The position numbers were made by a program, and so were the translations under genes. Positions 18,143-28,026 of a stretch of DNA of 64,000 nt are shown piece after piece (the stretch's first letter is position 1; each line of letters begins with the position of its first letter). The notes beneath the pieces were generated by a model. The model was not told where the DNA came from, did no database searches, and saw nothing but the letters and a program-made list of their open reading frames with translations. The DNA is from a virus (Duplodnaviria > Caudoviricetes), in IMG/VR virus record IMGVR_UViG_3300012020_000004, positions 18,921-82,920 of that record; one strand, given 5' to 3'.

Positions 18143-20242
18143 TCACAAAGTGATTAGGTTGTTGGCAAAGCTTTCACTGACATCTGAATGCGTCACCAGG
18201 AGCACCTGACTAAAGCCGGAAGCTGCAATGTAACCGAGCATCGCAGCTTCGCGTGATGCGTCACAACTGGCGGACGGCTCATCGAGGACGATGAACTGGC
18301 ACCCTGGAACAAAGGTCTTAGTGAGTGCACAACGTATAGCAAGGCCAAGAAGATCAAGAGTGCTCCCACTGAGAGAGTCAACGCTTCTGCCGTTAACCGT
18401 AAAGCCGTCTTTTTCCTTAGAGACAATTGAGTTCTCCCCCCTCATCTGGCTGAACACCGTGCTCACACTAGCCAGCACCATGGACCAGAGCTTGTTGCCG
18501 ATCACCGGCCTGGCTGCCCGGATCTTCTTGACCAGGGCGTTGTTGAACTCCAGCGCGCTGATCTCCTGCTTGGTGCTTTCGATCTGCTTCTCGAGCTGGG
18601 CTCGCTTCTCGAGCGCGGCGGTGTGCATGGCGACAGCGAACTGGAATTCGGCCTTCGCCCCGTCGATGCTTCGCTGCAGGTCCATGATGGCACCCCGGGC
18701 CTCAGCCAGGGTCCCTTCACCCTCCTTCAACCCGGCCTCGGCCTGGGCCAACGCCCCATCGGAGACGGGGCACAGGCCCCGAAGCTCGTGGACGAGCTTG
18801 AGTCGGTCGTCCTCAAGGTCGTGGATCTGGCAGTTGAGCATCTCCAGCTTAGTGTTGGCCTTCAGGATGGCATCATTGTACCGCTTCGCGTCGGCGAGCA
18901 TGCCGGCGTAGTCGGGCTCGGCGCCGGCCTCGGGCGGGGGCAGCCCCTGCCACATGAACAGCGCCGGCAGCACGCTCTCGTCCCTCTCCAGGTACTGCTC
19001 GATGCCCCGGACGCCACGCAGGATCTCGTCCTCGACCCGGAACAGGGCCTGCACGTTCTCCAGGCCCCGCTCCGCGGCCTCCTTGCTCTCCAGAGCCTCG
19101 ACTCGGCGTTGCCCCTCGCTCAGGATCGCAGCCTCGAGCTCAGCGTTGAGCTTGGCCACCTCTGGGAACTGGCTCACGTCCTGGCCGCAGAAGCCGCACG
19201 TACTGCTATTGATGAGCTTGGCCTGGGCCACCTTGATGTTTGTCTGGGCCTGCCGCACCGTCTCGTCGGCATGCTTGATGTCGGCCTGGAAGCGGCTGAT
19301 CTCGGCGTTCATCGCCTCGCGGCTGTGCCGCTCGGGTGTGGGCAGCTTCTGGAACTGTGCCCACGCGCGGCGCCGCGCCCAGAGGTCCTGGTATTGGCGC
19401 AGGCCTTCTTCCAGGGCTGCCGTCTCCCGGGGCTCGAGCGTTGCCTGCCCCTCAACACCGGTGCGCTCGGCGCCCAGGTCGTTGAGCCTGCCCTCGACCT
19501 TGGCCAGGTTGGCCTCCAGCGTGGCGCGGTGGGACCGTGCGTGCTTCATCTTGGCCACCGCGTCCCGTGCGCCGGCCAACTTCTCGACCAGGGTCGCCTC
19601 AGCCTCCTTGGCCGCGGCTAAGGAGTTGCTCAGCGCCAGGACGTTGGCCTCATGCGCCGCGGCGTCGGGCTGCGCAGGCGTGGTGAGCCCCTCGAGCTCG
19701 GAGGTCAGGCGCTGCAACCGGTCGGCCTGCACCGTCGCGGCGCCGAGCGGCAGCTTGTGCTGTGCGGCGTCGATGATGCGGTCAAAGAGATCGAACTCGC
19801 CCAGGTCCTCGATGAGCTGCGCGGTGGCCTTCGGGCCGTTGGTCAGCACGCCCCTCAGGCCCATCTGGTTTGAGAGCATGAGGTTGGCCGCGGTGTTGGC
19901 GTCGGCCCCCACCAACTTCTCACAGAACGCGGTGACCTCCGACTGACCCGTGACGAAGACCTGGCCCATGGCCAGGACCTCAGCCCCGGCCTTGCTGCGG
20001 GTGATGACATAGTCGCCGTACTCGACCTCGACCTTGAGCGCCTTGACGGGCTGGCCCCAGGTCACTGTGTTGTCCAGCCCGTCCCGCAGCACACGGCTAC
20101 CGAACAGGGCGTAGGAGATGGCCTCAAGAATGGTCGTCTTGCCCCCTTCGTTAGCGGCACGGATAACGTTTAGGCCCTCGGTAAAAGGTACTGTGAGGTC
20201 AGTGTGCTTACGAAAATTCTGCAGCTTTACTTTCTTCAACAT
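18143..20242 (-). CDS. SbcC/Rad50-like SMC ATPase (T4 gp46-like)
   Basis: LQNFRKH start, Walker A NEGGKTT, coiled coil with CGFC zinc hook, LSGS signature, Walker B FIVLDEP. Confidence 0.9.
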   Translation of the reverse strand: MLKKVKLQNFRKHTDLTVPFTEGLNVIRAANEGGKTTILEAISYALFGSRVLRDGLDNTVTWGQPVKALKVEVEYGDYVITRSKAGAEVLAMGQVFVTGQSEVTAFCEKLVGADANTAANLMLSNQMGLRGVLTNGPKATAQLIEDLGEFDLFDRIIDAAQHKLPLGAATVQADRLQRLTSELEGLTTPAQPDAAAHEANVLALSNSLAAAKEAEATLVEKLAGARDAVAKMKHARSHRATLEANLAKVEGRLNDLGAERTGVEGQATLEPRETAALEEGLRQYQDLWARRRAWAQFQKLPTPERHSREAMNAEISRFQADIKHADETVRQAQTNIKVAQAKLINSSTCGFCGQDVSQFPEVAKLNAELEAAILSEGQRRVEALESKEAAERGLENVQALFRVEDEILRGVRGIEQYLERDESVLPALFMWQGLPPPEAGAEPDYAGMLADAKRYNDAILKANTKLEMLNCQIHDLEDDRLKLVHELRGLCPVSDGALAQAEAGLKEGEGTLAEARGAIMDLQRSIDGAKAEFQFAVAMHTAALEKRAQLEKQIESTKQEISALEFNNALVKKIRAARPVIGNKLWSMVLASVSTVFSQMRGENSIVSKEKDGFTVNGRSVDSLSGSTLDLLGLAIRCALTKTFVPGCQFIVLDEPSASCDASREAAMLGYIAASGFSQVLLVTHSDVSESFANNLITL

Positions 20243-20446
20243 AAATCCTCCTGTCTATCTGGCGTGCCGCTTCCCTGAGTTGCGCTTTCAGGAACGACAA
20301 GGTTCGTTTTCTGGGGTCAGGGTCATTGACTAGGGCCACCCACGAAATAGCGGTGGTGACGCCCCTGTGTCGTCTGGACAGCGTATGCAGCAGGCCCTGT
20401 GGTGTTGTTCTTATGTGCCAGGAGTATCGCCGGCCAGCGACTCGGA

Positions 20447-20584
20447 TCATTCCAGCATTTCCATGAGTGCTTCATTGAGGGCAGCCCTGAATTCGACCAT
20501 GATGTCGTTCCGGCCCCATCCTGTCTTAGCCTGGAGGCGGGCCATGAACTTCTCTTCAAGAAGCGTGGCGAATTTCTTGATCAT
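20447..20584 (-). CDS. Small hypothetical protein (45 aa)
   Basis: MIKKFATLLEEKFMARLQAKTGWGRNDIMVEFRAALNEALMEMLE; ATGA overlap with nuclease stop. Confidence 0.55.
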   Translation of the reverse strand: MIKKFATLLEEKFMARLQAKTGWGRNDIMVEFRAALNEALMEMLE

Positions 20585-21606
20585 GACAGTAGCTCCTTCA
20601 CAACTTTGCCCTCTTCCTCGGACAACTCCTCGAGCAGTGCATCGAGCACGTTGAAGGCCGTGATCTGCTCAAGGCTCATCTCGGCCAACTCATCAAACGC
20701 GGCCACGCCCTCGACCTTGACTGCGTTGGTCACGACGTAGGCCTCAGACTTGGCCCGGAACCGGGCCACAGCATCGACCACTTCTGCGGCTTCCTCCGCA
20801 GTCGCCGTACCCTCTACACGGATGAACTGGTAGCCGGGGTCAGTGTCGAGGTTGCGCCAGTCAACGCGTGTGAAGACTTCGTTGATGTGAACCATGGGCT
20901 CTAGCTCATAGTCCGGCCCGTCAAAGTAAGCTGCAAACTTAGCGTCGCAACCGAGGCAGTCAGACACACTCGATGGCACACCGTTTCCTAGTATCAGCAC
21001 CCGACGCTGCTCAAGGGCTCTGTACTGGTGTTCATGCCCAAGGGTTAGAACGTTGCCACGTTTTAACAGGGGGTCAGCCATTTCCTGCGTAAGGTTCAAG
21101 GCGTGTTGGCTATCAGCAGCAAAGTTATTGTCATAGTTTGCATGGAACACAATAACGCTATTTTCAACGTCGCTCAGTTTCTCTACTTCAATCTTCAGTA
21201 GATCGTTGTTAGGGAGGTGGGGGACTAAGACAAACTGTCGCCAGCGGGTAACTTCACGGGCGACAGTAAGTGTGGCGGGGAACTGATGCTCCAGGATGCC
21301 CATCAGTAGGTCAAACGAGCTGACCTGCGTCGCCCTTGGGTGATGATCATGGTTACCACGCACTACAGCAAGCTCTTGCCCAGTGGTCAGAAAAGACTGA
21401 AGCACCCGGTAGACACTGAACAGTGCCGCAGAGTCAATCGTGAACTGGTCCAGAAGATCCCCCATGATCAGGTGAGGAAAGTTTGGGTCAAGGGCTTCCT
21501 TTAGGTTATTAAGCATGTATGTGCCAAGCGCATCGTTAGAGGCTGGAGTAGCTCCCGCCGTTCGCTTGGCGCCGATGTGCCAATCAGTTGTTACTTTGAC
21601 TCTCAT
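20581..21606 (-). CDS. SbcD/Mre11-like metallophosphoesterase nuclease (T4 gp47-like)
   Basis: DWHIG, GDLLD, GNHD, FH and GHEH motifs; near SbcC-like gene. Confidence 0.9.
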   Translation of the reverse strand: MRVKVTTDWHIGAKRTAGATPASNDALGTYMLNNLKEALDPNFPHLIMGDLLDQFTIDSAALFSVYRVLQSFLTTGQELAVVRGNHDHHPRATQVSSFDLLMGILEHQFPATLTVAREVTRWRQFVLVPHLPNNDLLKIEVEKLSDVENSVIVFHANYDNNFAADSQHALNLTQEMADPLLKRGNVLTLGHEHQYRALEQRRVLILGNGVPSSVSDCLGCDAKFAAYFDGPDYELEPMVHINEVFTRVDWRNLDTDPGYQFIRVEGTATAEEAAEVVDAVARFRAKSEAYVVTNAVKVEGVAAFDELAEMSLEQITAFNVLDALLEELSEEEGKVVKELLS

Positions 21607-22397
21607 GCCAGTCTCCTAGACGGGGTGGTTACGGCTTTTTCTACATCCCACATGTACTTTGTTAACCTTGCGTAAAGGGTGGGGTATGAAACTGCGGCTA
21701 TGTCTGCTAGGTCGGCTATAGTCTTTTTCTCGCCCCTAAACAGAAATAGAACATTTACTCTTGTGTTTCGGAGGTTAGCCCTCCTTGTTACCCACCTACA
21801 GTTACCCTTAAAGTAACCTAGTGAGTTGTCTATGCGGTCAATCTCAGTCCCTGGCGGCCTTTCACCCATTTCTGAAACAAAGAAATCGTAGTCTAGCCAG
21901 GCGGGATCAAGTGTTATTCCTGCTCCTCCATACCTCTCGTAAGCTTCATGTTCTGGGTTAGTACACCTAGCAACCATGGCCTTGTGGGTATTCCTGGTTG
22001 GGCCATGAAACCGCCCCGACCCTTTCCTTGAAGTTTTGGGTTGACAGGAGCATAATGCCTGTCTACCAGCCCGAAGCAAGGAGGCTCTCATCACCCTCTG
22101 CTCCCCACAGACATGCTGCCACAGGAACTCATGACCCTTGGCCCCTCTACCCACAAACTCAAGGCACGTCCAGCCAGATACCGAGTCACCTGGTTTACAC
22201 GATATAGGCTCCTTGGGCAGCTTCTTCAGGCACCCACAAGACTTAACTCTTCCTGAGGCCAGGAGGCTCCCGTTAACCGTGGTGTAGCCCCCGCATGTGC
22301 AGGCACACGTCCAGAACGTGTACTTATTTACGTACTCGAGGGACACCACAGTGAGTCTGCCGAATGTTCTCCCTGCCAGGTCTAAGCGCCTTGCCAT
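21603..22397 (-). CDS. HNH homing endonuclease
   Basis: FGRLTV..CxCxCG..SCGC zinc module; YERYGGAGI; EIDRIDNSLGYFKGNCRW. Confidence 0.9.
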   Translation of the reverse strand: MARRLDLAGRTFGRLTVVSLEYVNKYTFWTCACTCGGYTTVNGSLLASGRVKSCGCLKKLPKEPISCKPGDSVSGWTCLEFVGRGAKGHEFLWQHVCGEQRVMRASLLRAGRQALCSCQPKTSRKGSGRFHGPTRNTHKAMVARCTNPEHEAYERYGGAGITLDPAWLDYDFFVSEMGERPPGTEIDRIDNSLGYFKGNCRWVTRRANLRNTRVNVLFLFRGEKKTIADLADIAAVSYPTLYARLTKYMWDVEKAVTTPSRRLA

Positions 22398-22452
22398 CGT
22401 TCGTTAGGTCCATGTAAGCGGCCCCAGCGCTGTGCTGGGGCCTACAGGTTTC

Positions 22453-22481
22453 ACTTTAGGCCTGGATAGGCCATGTGTCAA
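22453..22481 (-). promoter_or_regulatory. Sigma70-like promoter upstream of HNH gene
   Basis: TTGACA-N17-TAAAGT; 9-bp hairpin GGCCCCAGC/GCTGGGGCC (22420-22442) just downstream. Confidence 0.7.
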
Positions 22482-22482
22482 C

Positions 22483-22596
22483 TTACCGCATGTTTCGCTT
22501 CCTCCACTCCTCGAGCACAGACAGCCAGATGAGCGCACCGAGACCCAAAGCGGCGAAAGAAACGGCCAACAGGGCAACACCAAAAAGCCACTCCAT
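22483..22596 (-). CDS. Small single-TM membrane protein (37 aa)
   Basis: MEWLFGVALLAVSFAALGLGALIWLSVLEEWRKRNMR; start overlaps ligase stop. Confidence 0.55.
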   Translation of the reverse strand: MEWLFGVALLAVSFAALGLGALIWLSVLEEWRKRNMR

Positions 22597-23588
22597 CACA
22601 TGTCCTCCTCGGCACGGAACCCCAGGAACACAGGGAATCGGGGGAGATCCTTGACCCCGATCTCGAAGTGCTTGATCTTCGCCATACGACCAATAAGAGG
22701 TACGCCTGACGGGTACACAGTTGCTACAGACGCAGGCTTCCAGCATTGGTCACTTTCATCCCAGTGCTTGGGCACGAGGTAGGACACCTGGCTCCCTATC
22801 GCGTCTGCCCAAATCTGGGCGCGCTGATTCTCGGAGAAACCAGTACCACAGCGGAAGGGGCCGGCGTCGTGCTTGAGGACAAGGGCACCGAGAGTCCCCA
22901 TAGGGACCATGCCAGCTTTGTGACTTGACCGCTCTGTGTATCCAAGCTCATTGGTAGTGGCGACGTTCCCATTGTGCATGCGCTCCTCGAACCCGATGAC
23001 TTCGTACTCATGGTCGGCAAATCGCTTCAGTTTCCAGAGGATGCCCTCCCTCATCGTGGCACGACCATACTTGTAGACGCCATAAATACTGCGGCCCATC
23101 ACGCCCTCGTAGCCGGCCTCCAGCCAGTGGGCCTCTACCTCGAGCAGTCCGGCAAGGTCGTGGACCTTGACCTGAGGGACGAGCGCAACCTTGTGTAACG
23201 CGAAGGCTTTTGGCGGGCAACAAAGCACCTCAAGGTTCTTGTACCGGGTGTCGAACGTTATGTACTGCAGGTCCCACCGGTCGAACACGTGGTAGGTGAA
23301 GTCGGGCTCCCCTGCCTTACTCATCACGGCGCTGTTGGTCGTGCGGTACACGTCCGGGGCATTGGCGGGGCCCACGATGATCTCCCCGTCCAGGCCATCG
23401 TAGATGCCTGATGCGAAGATGGACTGGATGTATCGGTTCGGTAGCTCCTTCATGGAGCGGGTCATCGCTTTCCCGTTCATGCCAAGGACCCTGATCCCGT
23501 CCAGCTTCGGGGATACGTAGCAGGGGAACTTGACCTTCTCAAGGTCAACGGTGGCCGCAAGGAGGGGCCGGAAGTCTTCACTGATCAT
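22596..23588 (-). CDS. ATP-dependent DNA ligase
   Basis: SPKLDGIR (KxDG), YEGVMGR, WKLKRF, OB domain GTGFS, RFPVF. Confidence 0.93.
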   Translation of the reverse strand: MISEDFRPLLAATVDLEKVKFPCYVSPKLDGIRVLGMNGKAMTRSMKELPNRYIQSIFASGIYDGLDGEIIVGPANAPDVYRTTNSAVMSKAGEPDFTYHVFDRWDLQYITFDTRYKNLEVLCCPPKAFALHKVALVPQVKVHDLAGLLEVEAHWLEAGYEGVMGRSIYGVYKYGRATMREGILWKLKRFADHEYEVIGFEERMHNGNVATTNELGYTERSSHKAGMVPMGTLGALVLKHDAGPFRCGTGFSENQRAQIWADAIGSQVSYLVPKHWDESDQCWKPASVATVYPSGVPLIGRMAKIKHFEIGVKDLPRFPVFLGFRAEEDM

Positions 23589-23599
23589 TGTTCTTCTCC

Positions 23600-24052
23600 T
23601 CACAGGTGGGCAGATAGCGCCAGCTCAGCGCTCGGGAAAGTCGGGAACGGGCGCAGGTCCCAGGACGGCCGACCAAGCTCAAGGTCCTTGGCAAGGAAGC
23701 AGCGCCACACGCCCTCGAGGTAGTGGTTCACGACGATGACGCCGCGTACCCCCGCCGCATCAAACTTGTGCATGGTGGCGAGCTGTCGCACCTTGTCCTT
23801 GGGCAGCCGGTAGGCATGGCTCAGGGCCTTGGCCTCCAGGAGGATGCCCTTCTTGCCGTTGGCCACCAGGTAGTCGGAGGGCTGGGCCGCGATCACGCGC
23901 CCCGCTGCCTTCGAGTCCGGGAACCTGTGCCAGGCGAAGTCAGCGCGACGCGTGTTCTCTTGGTCAAGGAGGCTTTCCACGAGGAGCTCTGTTTCGCACC
24001 CAACAACCTCGGGCTTCAAGGACTGCCACCACTCTTTTGAGTACTTTTTCAT
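23600..24052 (-). CDS. PD-(D/E)XK nuclease, RecU-like Holliday junction resolvase
   Basis: QPSDYLV...ILLEAK motif, 150 aa, between polymerase and ligase. Confidence 0.65.
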   Translation of the reverse strand: MKKYSKEWWQSLKPEVVGCETELLVESLLDQENTRRADFAWHRFPDSKAAGRVIAAQPSDYLVANGKKGILLEAKALSHAYRLPKDKVRQLATMHKFDAAGVRGVIVVNHYLEGVWRCFLAKDLELGRPSWDLRPFPTFPSAELALSAHL

Positions 24053-24076
24053 TGTTGCTCTTCTCCATTTATGACA

Positions 24077-27000
24077 CTAAGCGACTTCTGCAACTTCACC
24101 ACTGAAGATCTTCACCAGGATCTCCTTGATGTTCTCCTCGATGTACCAGTCCCCGGCCTCGTACTGTTTACCGAAGTTGGGACCAAGGCTGATGGAGCCC
24201 AGGAACGGGACGGGGAGGTCCCCATAAGGCTCGACCATGGCGTCGTGGAAGATCTTGATGACTTCCAGTGCGTGGTCACGATGAACAGAGAACACCAGTT
24301 CGTCGTGGATCGGGGCAAAGAACACCACGTCGTACTTCCACAACACACCTGAACGCCACACCCGAGCCATCGCCAGCTTCGTCTGCTCCGCAGAGCTCCC
24401 CTGGATCTTGAAGTTCGGGCCCTGTCGAAGTGCTTTCTCGATGTCCCACTTGTTGTCCGAGAGAAGCGCCTCGCGCAGGTGGCGGCGGGCCCCCATGCAC
24501 GTGGTGACGTACCCAAGGTTCGACGTCTCGGCCTTAACCTCCTCCTTCCACTCCTCGAACCGCGGGAACATGGCGAACTTGGCCTCGAGGAACGCCTGGG
24601 CGTCAGCCACCGGGATGATCAGCGTTTCGGCCAGCTTCGGCGCCTGGGCGTCGTACTGCGCACCGAAGTTCACGTTCTTCGCGTTCTTGCGAAGGTCATC
24701 GGCCATCTTGGCCACCACTTCGTCTTCCTTGCACTTGCGCAGGCGCAGGAACAGGTCGTACTCGGCGTCACCGGGCTTCCCGAAACGCTCAATCATCTCA
24801 GCGAGGACGGTCTTGCCCCACTTCTTCTCCATGGCGCCGGCCGCGGTCATGGAGTGCATGTCCTTGAGGTTATCACCGACGAAGCAGGCAAGCATGTTGG
24901 GGTCTAGCGACTGCCCGGCGCCCTGGCGCAACTCCTGGCCAGAGAAGTCGATCGATACCATGACCGCATCTTTGTGGTGCGGCAGGAAGCACTCCCGGAA
25001 CTTTACCCCCTCCCCCTTCTTGGGAAGCTGTGCAAGGTTCGGGTCGCTAGGAGCGAACCGGCGAGTAACGGTACGGGACTGGCCAGCCTGTCCGTGCACC
25101 TTGTTGTCTTTCCAGTGCCTGATCGTCTTGTAGGTGTTGTAGAACAGGCTTTGCCGCGTCGAGCACTTCTTCATCTTCTGGAAGGCGTGCAGGATCGGGC
25201 ACCCGGGTCGGTCCATGGCCAGGGCGAAGTCGACGGCGGTGTCGTCGGTCTTGGCCTTGAGCTTGAGGAGCTGCATCTCCTCGTCGGTGATCGGCGGCTC
25301 CGTCTCCGAGCCTGCCCAGATCTTCTTGTGGCGGGACACCGCGGCGTACATCTCACGGTTCTCGGTGCGCTCCTTCGGCGTGCAGTTGTTCACGATCCGC
25401 ACAGGCAGGCCGAGCATGTCGTAGAGGAACGCCTTCATCTGCTTCGGGCTGCCAACGTCGAAGATCGGCTCACCCTCGAACCGGGCGGCGACGAGCTTGT
25501 TGATCGACTCCAGGTCTCCTGCCTCGATCAGGCCGGCGAGCATCTCGGCGTCCGGGTGGTCCATCTCAGCCACCAGTTTGGCGATCTTGCTCACCGTCCG
25601 CATCTGGGTCTTAAGCTCGAGGCCGAGCGTGATCTTGGTGATCTCCTTGATGCCTGCAGGAGTCAGCTCCGAGAACCCCGGGCACACCGTGCCTTCCCAC
25701 CCGTGCTCGATCAGGGCCTCGCGCACCACGGCCCACGCCTTCGCGTAGGTTTCGTGGTCCTCGCGCTCCAGCTCCAGCATACGCTCGAGCGAGAACTTGG
25801 TCCCCTGCACATAAGCCAGTGCGCCGACGTACGCCGGCAACTGCTCCACCTCAAGGAACACGTCCCAGGTGTGCTCCATCTCCATGATGGTACGGAAGAA
25901 CCGGTAGAGCGCTGCGGTGCAGATCGTGTCATCGGCGCCGTAGGAGAGCACGTGCTCCGCAGTCAGCTCGCGCATCTTGTACTGGACGGTGTCGATCAAG
26001 CGCACAGCGAGCTGCTCGACCTCGACCGTGTTGCCGTCTTCGTCTTCCTGAAGCACAGGAACCATGACATGGTTGCCGTACTCATCAACGATGAACTCCT
26101 CCACTGTCTTGATGATCTTGCCCCCTTCCGGCAGCGTCCCTCGCTCACCCGTCATCGTGGTCACATGCTCGTAGTTCTCCTGCTCATACCCTAGGTACAG
26201 CTTGGAGTTCGCCTTCAGACCTTGGCTCTGGTTCTCATCGACATAGGAGCTGCAGACCGCGTTGTCGATCACGTTGGGGATGAAGCCGTGCCAGCCGTTG
26301 TCGCGCTGCTGGTCAGCCCACTCCATCGCAAGGATGGGGAGCTCGAACGCGGCGTTATGCACGACCACGAACTTGTTGCTCGGAATTGAGGCGACGAGTT
26401 GGCGCACCTGCTCAGAGGTGCAGTTGGGCGTGTCGCGGTGATCCACCGACAGGTAATAGGTGTACTGGCTGTTCGGCCCGAAGGTCAGGCCCATGCCTGT
26501 GAGTTCAGAGCCAAGCACGTCGACTTTCTTCTCCGCATCACGGGCAGCAAGCCACTCGTCGCTCTCGTCCGGGGTCGAGGTCTCGATGTCAAGGGAGAAG
26601 AAAGGGGTGCCCCGGACTTGCTTCTCGAAGAAGGCCAGGGCCTGGTCGTAGGTCTCCGCGGTGATGAGGCGAACCTGCTGGCCCCACTTCTTGAGCCGGT
26701 AGTCGGTCGCTGGCTTGACCATCCCGGGGTGCCACTGCAGGGGCACACGGAGCAGATTCACCCAGTCGGGGCGCAGCTTGGCAAGCTGGTAGCTGGTGTA
26801 GACGAGGTCCAGGTTGTTGAGCACGAGCTGGAACGGCGGGAAGTCCGCGACATCGTCCTTCAACTCGTCCAGGTTGCGCGTCTCCATCCAGCCGTCTAGC
26901 ACGGGAAGCGCGGAGCCGTAGCGCTCGAGCAGCGCCTCCCACTTCTTGGGGCCGAACTTGGGGCAGCCCGGGTACTCGTTCCCGTCCCCGACCAGCGCCT

Positions 27001-27553
27001 TCATCACGCGGATGTAGGTGGGGTCGAAGTCGCCGTATGGGTTGCTGGCCACCAGGGTGCCGCTCTTCCAGAGCATGACGTCAGGCAGGGCCAGGAGTTG
27101 AGCCAAGTCGCCGTCCGTCGAGTAGATGATCTTCTCACCACCCAGATGCTCAGCGAGGTAGGCGATGACATCGTCGCCCTCGGTGTGGGGCTGCGTGACC
27201 CAGGTGGCGCCGAGGTTGCCGAACAGGGTCAGAATCTCGTCCTTCGCTTTCTGGAAGTTCTCCTTCAGGAGTGGGTGGCGCTCCTCACGATCCTGCTTGT
27301 AAGGCTTATACATGGCCTGACGCCGCGCCTTGGAGTTGCCAGTTTCCACCACGAAGATGATGTCGGATGGCACGAGGCTGAGTGTCTCGAGGCAGGTCAC
27401 CAGGTTGTTGATGGCACAGTCTACGCCCCACTGCGCTGAGTTGATGTAGATCTCTTTGCCATTGTGCTGGATCTTTCTCCCGTTCTCCCCGTCCTTGCCC
27501 ACAAGCAATGACGTCCAAAGAAGGTTGGAGAAGTCCACGATTAGTCTTTTCAT
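24077..27553 (-). CDS. polA: Family A DNA polymerase with 5'-3' and 3'-5' exonuclease domains
   Basis: N-terminal LIVDFSN, EGDDVIA, STDGD, LVGD; Exo DIET, HNAAFE, YGADD; Pol motifs DFSGQELR, KNVNFGAQY, HDELV. Confidence 0.95.
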   Translation of the reverse strand: MKRLIVDFSNLLWTSLLVGKDGENGRKIQHNGKEIYINSAQWGVDCAINNLVTCLETLSLVPSDIIFVVETGNSKARRQAMYKPYKQDREERHPLLKENFQKAKDEILTLFGNLGATWVTQPHTEGDDVIAYLAEHLGGEKIIYSTDGDLAQLLALPDVMLWKSGTLVASNPYGDFDPTYIRVMKALVGDGNEYPGCPKFGPKKWEALLERYGSALPVLDGWMETRNLDELKDDVADFPPFQLVLNNLDLVYTSYQLAKLRPDWVNLLRVPLQWHPGMVKPATDYRLKKWGQQVRLITAETYDQALAFFEKQVRGTPFFSLDIETSTPDESDEWLAARDAEKKVDVLGSELTGMGLTFGPNSQYTYYLSVDHRDTPNCTSEQVRQLVASIPSNKFVVVHNAAFELPILAMEWADQQRDNGWHGFIPNVIDNAVCSSYVDENQSQGLKANSKLYLGYEQENYEHVTTMTGERGTLPEGGKIIKTVEEFIVDEYGNHVMVPVLQEDEDGNTVEVEQLAVRLIDTVQYKMRELTAEHVLSYGADDTICTAALYRFFRTIMEMEHTWDVFLEVEQLPAYVGALAYVQGTKFSLERMLELEREDHETYAKAWAVVREALIEHGWEGTVCPGFSELTPAGIKEITKITLGLELKTQMRTVSKIAKLVAEMDHPDAEMLAGLIEAGDLESINKLVAARFEGEPIFDVGSPKQMKAFLYDMLGLPVRIVNNCTPKERTENREMYAAVSRHKKIWAGSETEPPITDEEMQLLKLKAKTDDTAVDFALAMDRPGCPILHAFQKMKKCSTRQSLFYNTYKTIRHWKDNKVHGQAGQSRTVTRRFAPSDPNLAQLPKKGEGVKFRECFLPHHKDAVMVSIDFSGQELRQGAGQSLDPNMLACFVGDNLKDMHSMTAAGAMEKKWGKTVLAEMIERFGKPGDAEYDLFLRLRKCKEDEVVAKMADDLRKNAKNVNFGAQYDAQAPKLAETLIIPVADAQAFLEAKFAMFPRFEEWKEEVKAETSNLGYVTTCMGARRHLREALLSDNKWDIEKALRQGPNFKIQGSSAEQTKLAMARVWRSGVLWKYDVVFFAPIHDELVFSVHRDHALEVIKIFHDAMVEPYGDLPVPFLGSISLGPNFGKQYEAGDWYIEENIKEILVKIFSGEVAEVA

Positions 27554-27641
27554 TGTATGTGGTCCAAGATAAATTTAATGGAGTACGTCACAACGTACCC
27601 CATAGCGACTAACAGCACCAAGCTCTTGACGTAACGCATGA

Positions 27642-27782
27642 TTAGCGCCTGACAGCTAACCAACGAGAGCCTAGGAAAGCCACGCACTTCTTCCACTTGC
27701 GGATGTGGGCCTGCCGCATCTCCTCGGAGATGAAGCCGGTGTCCGGGAAAAGGCGCTCAGCCATCGCATCAATATCGTGCAT
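27642..27782 (-). CDS. Small hypothetical protein (46 aa)
   Basis: MHDIDAMAERLF...; GGAGAAGA-type SD upstream. Confidence 0.5.
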   Translation of the reverse strand: MHDIDAMAERLFPDTGFISEEMRQAHIRKWKKCVAFLGSRWLAVRR

Positions 27783-28026
27783 AGTTCTTCTCCTTCTTCT
27801 CTTTGATTGACTGACAGGAAAAGCAACGAACCTTACCCATGGCAAGGCGTTGCTCCTCGATGTCTTCTCCGCAGTCAACACACTCTTCTGTTTCCCACGC
27901 CCCGCTTTCATCCTGCTTCTGCTCAGGTGCAGCCAGGAGGCTGTAGTGCTTCACAGCCTCCTGGTTAGCCAGGTCAGCGATGTAGTTGGCGCGGTCGATC
28001 TCGTCGCTGAACTGGTTCTCGCTCAC
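27769..28026 (-). CDS. TraR/DksA-family C4 zinc-finger protein
   Basis: 85 aa; DEIDRA (DxxDxA) and CVDC-x18-CFSC. Confidence 0.85.
   Translation of the reverse strand: MSENQFSDEIDRANYIADLANQEAVKHYSLLAAPEQKQDESGAWETEECVDCGEDIEEQRLAMGKVRCFSCQSIKEKKEKNYARY

Noticed and set aside
20208-20450. 80-aa ORF between the small ORF and SbcC-like gene
   Set aside because: It may be real (ATGA-coupled), but it overlaps the SbcC start by 35 bp and has no recognisable features, so it was not listed as a feature.
18291-26899. Long plus-strand ORFs opposite SbcC and polA (e.g. 18623..19621, 24974..26194)
   Set aside because: They are antisense shadows caused by GC3-rich coding on the minus strand and have no motifs or SD.
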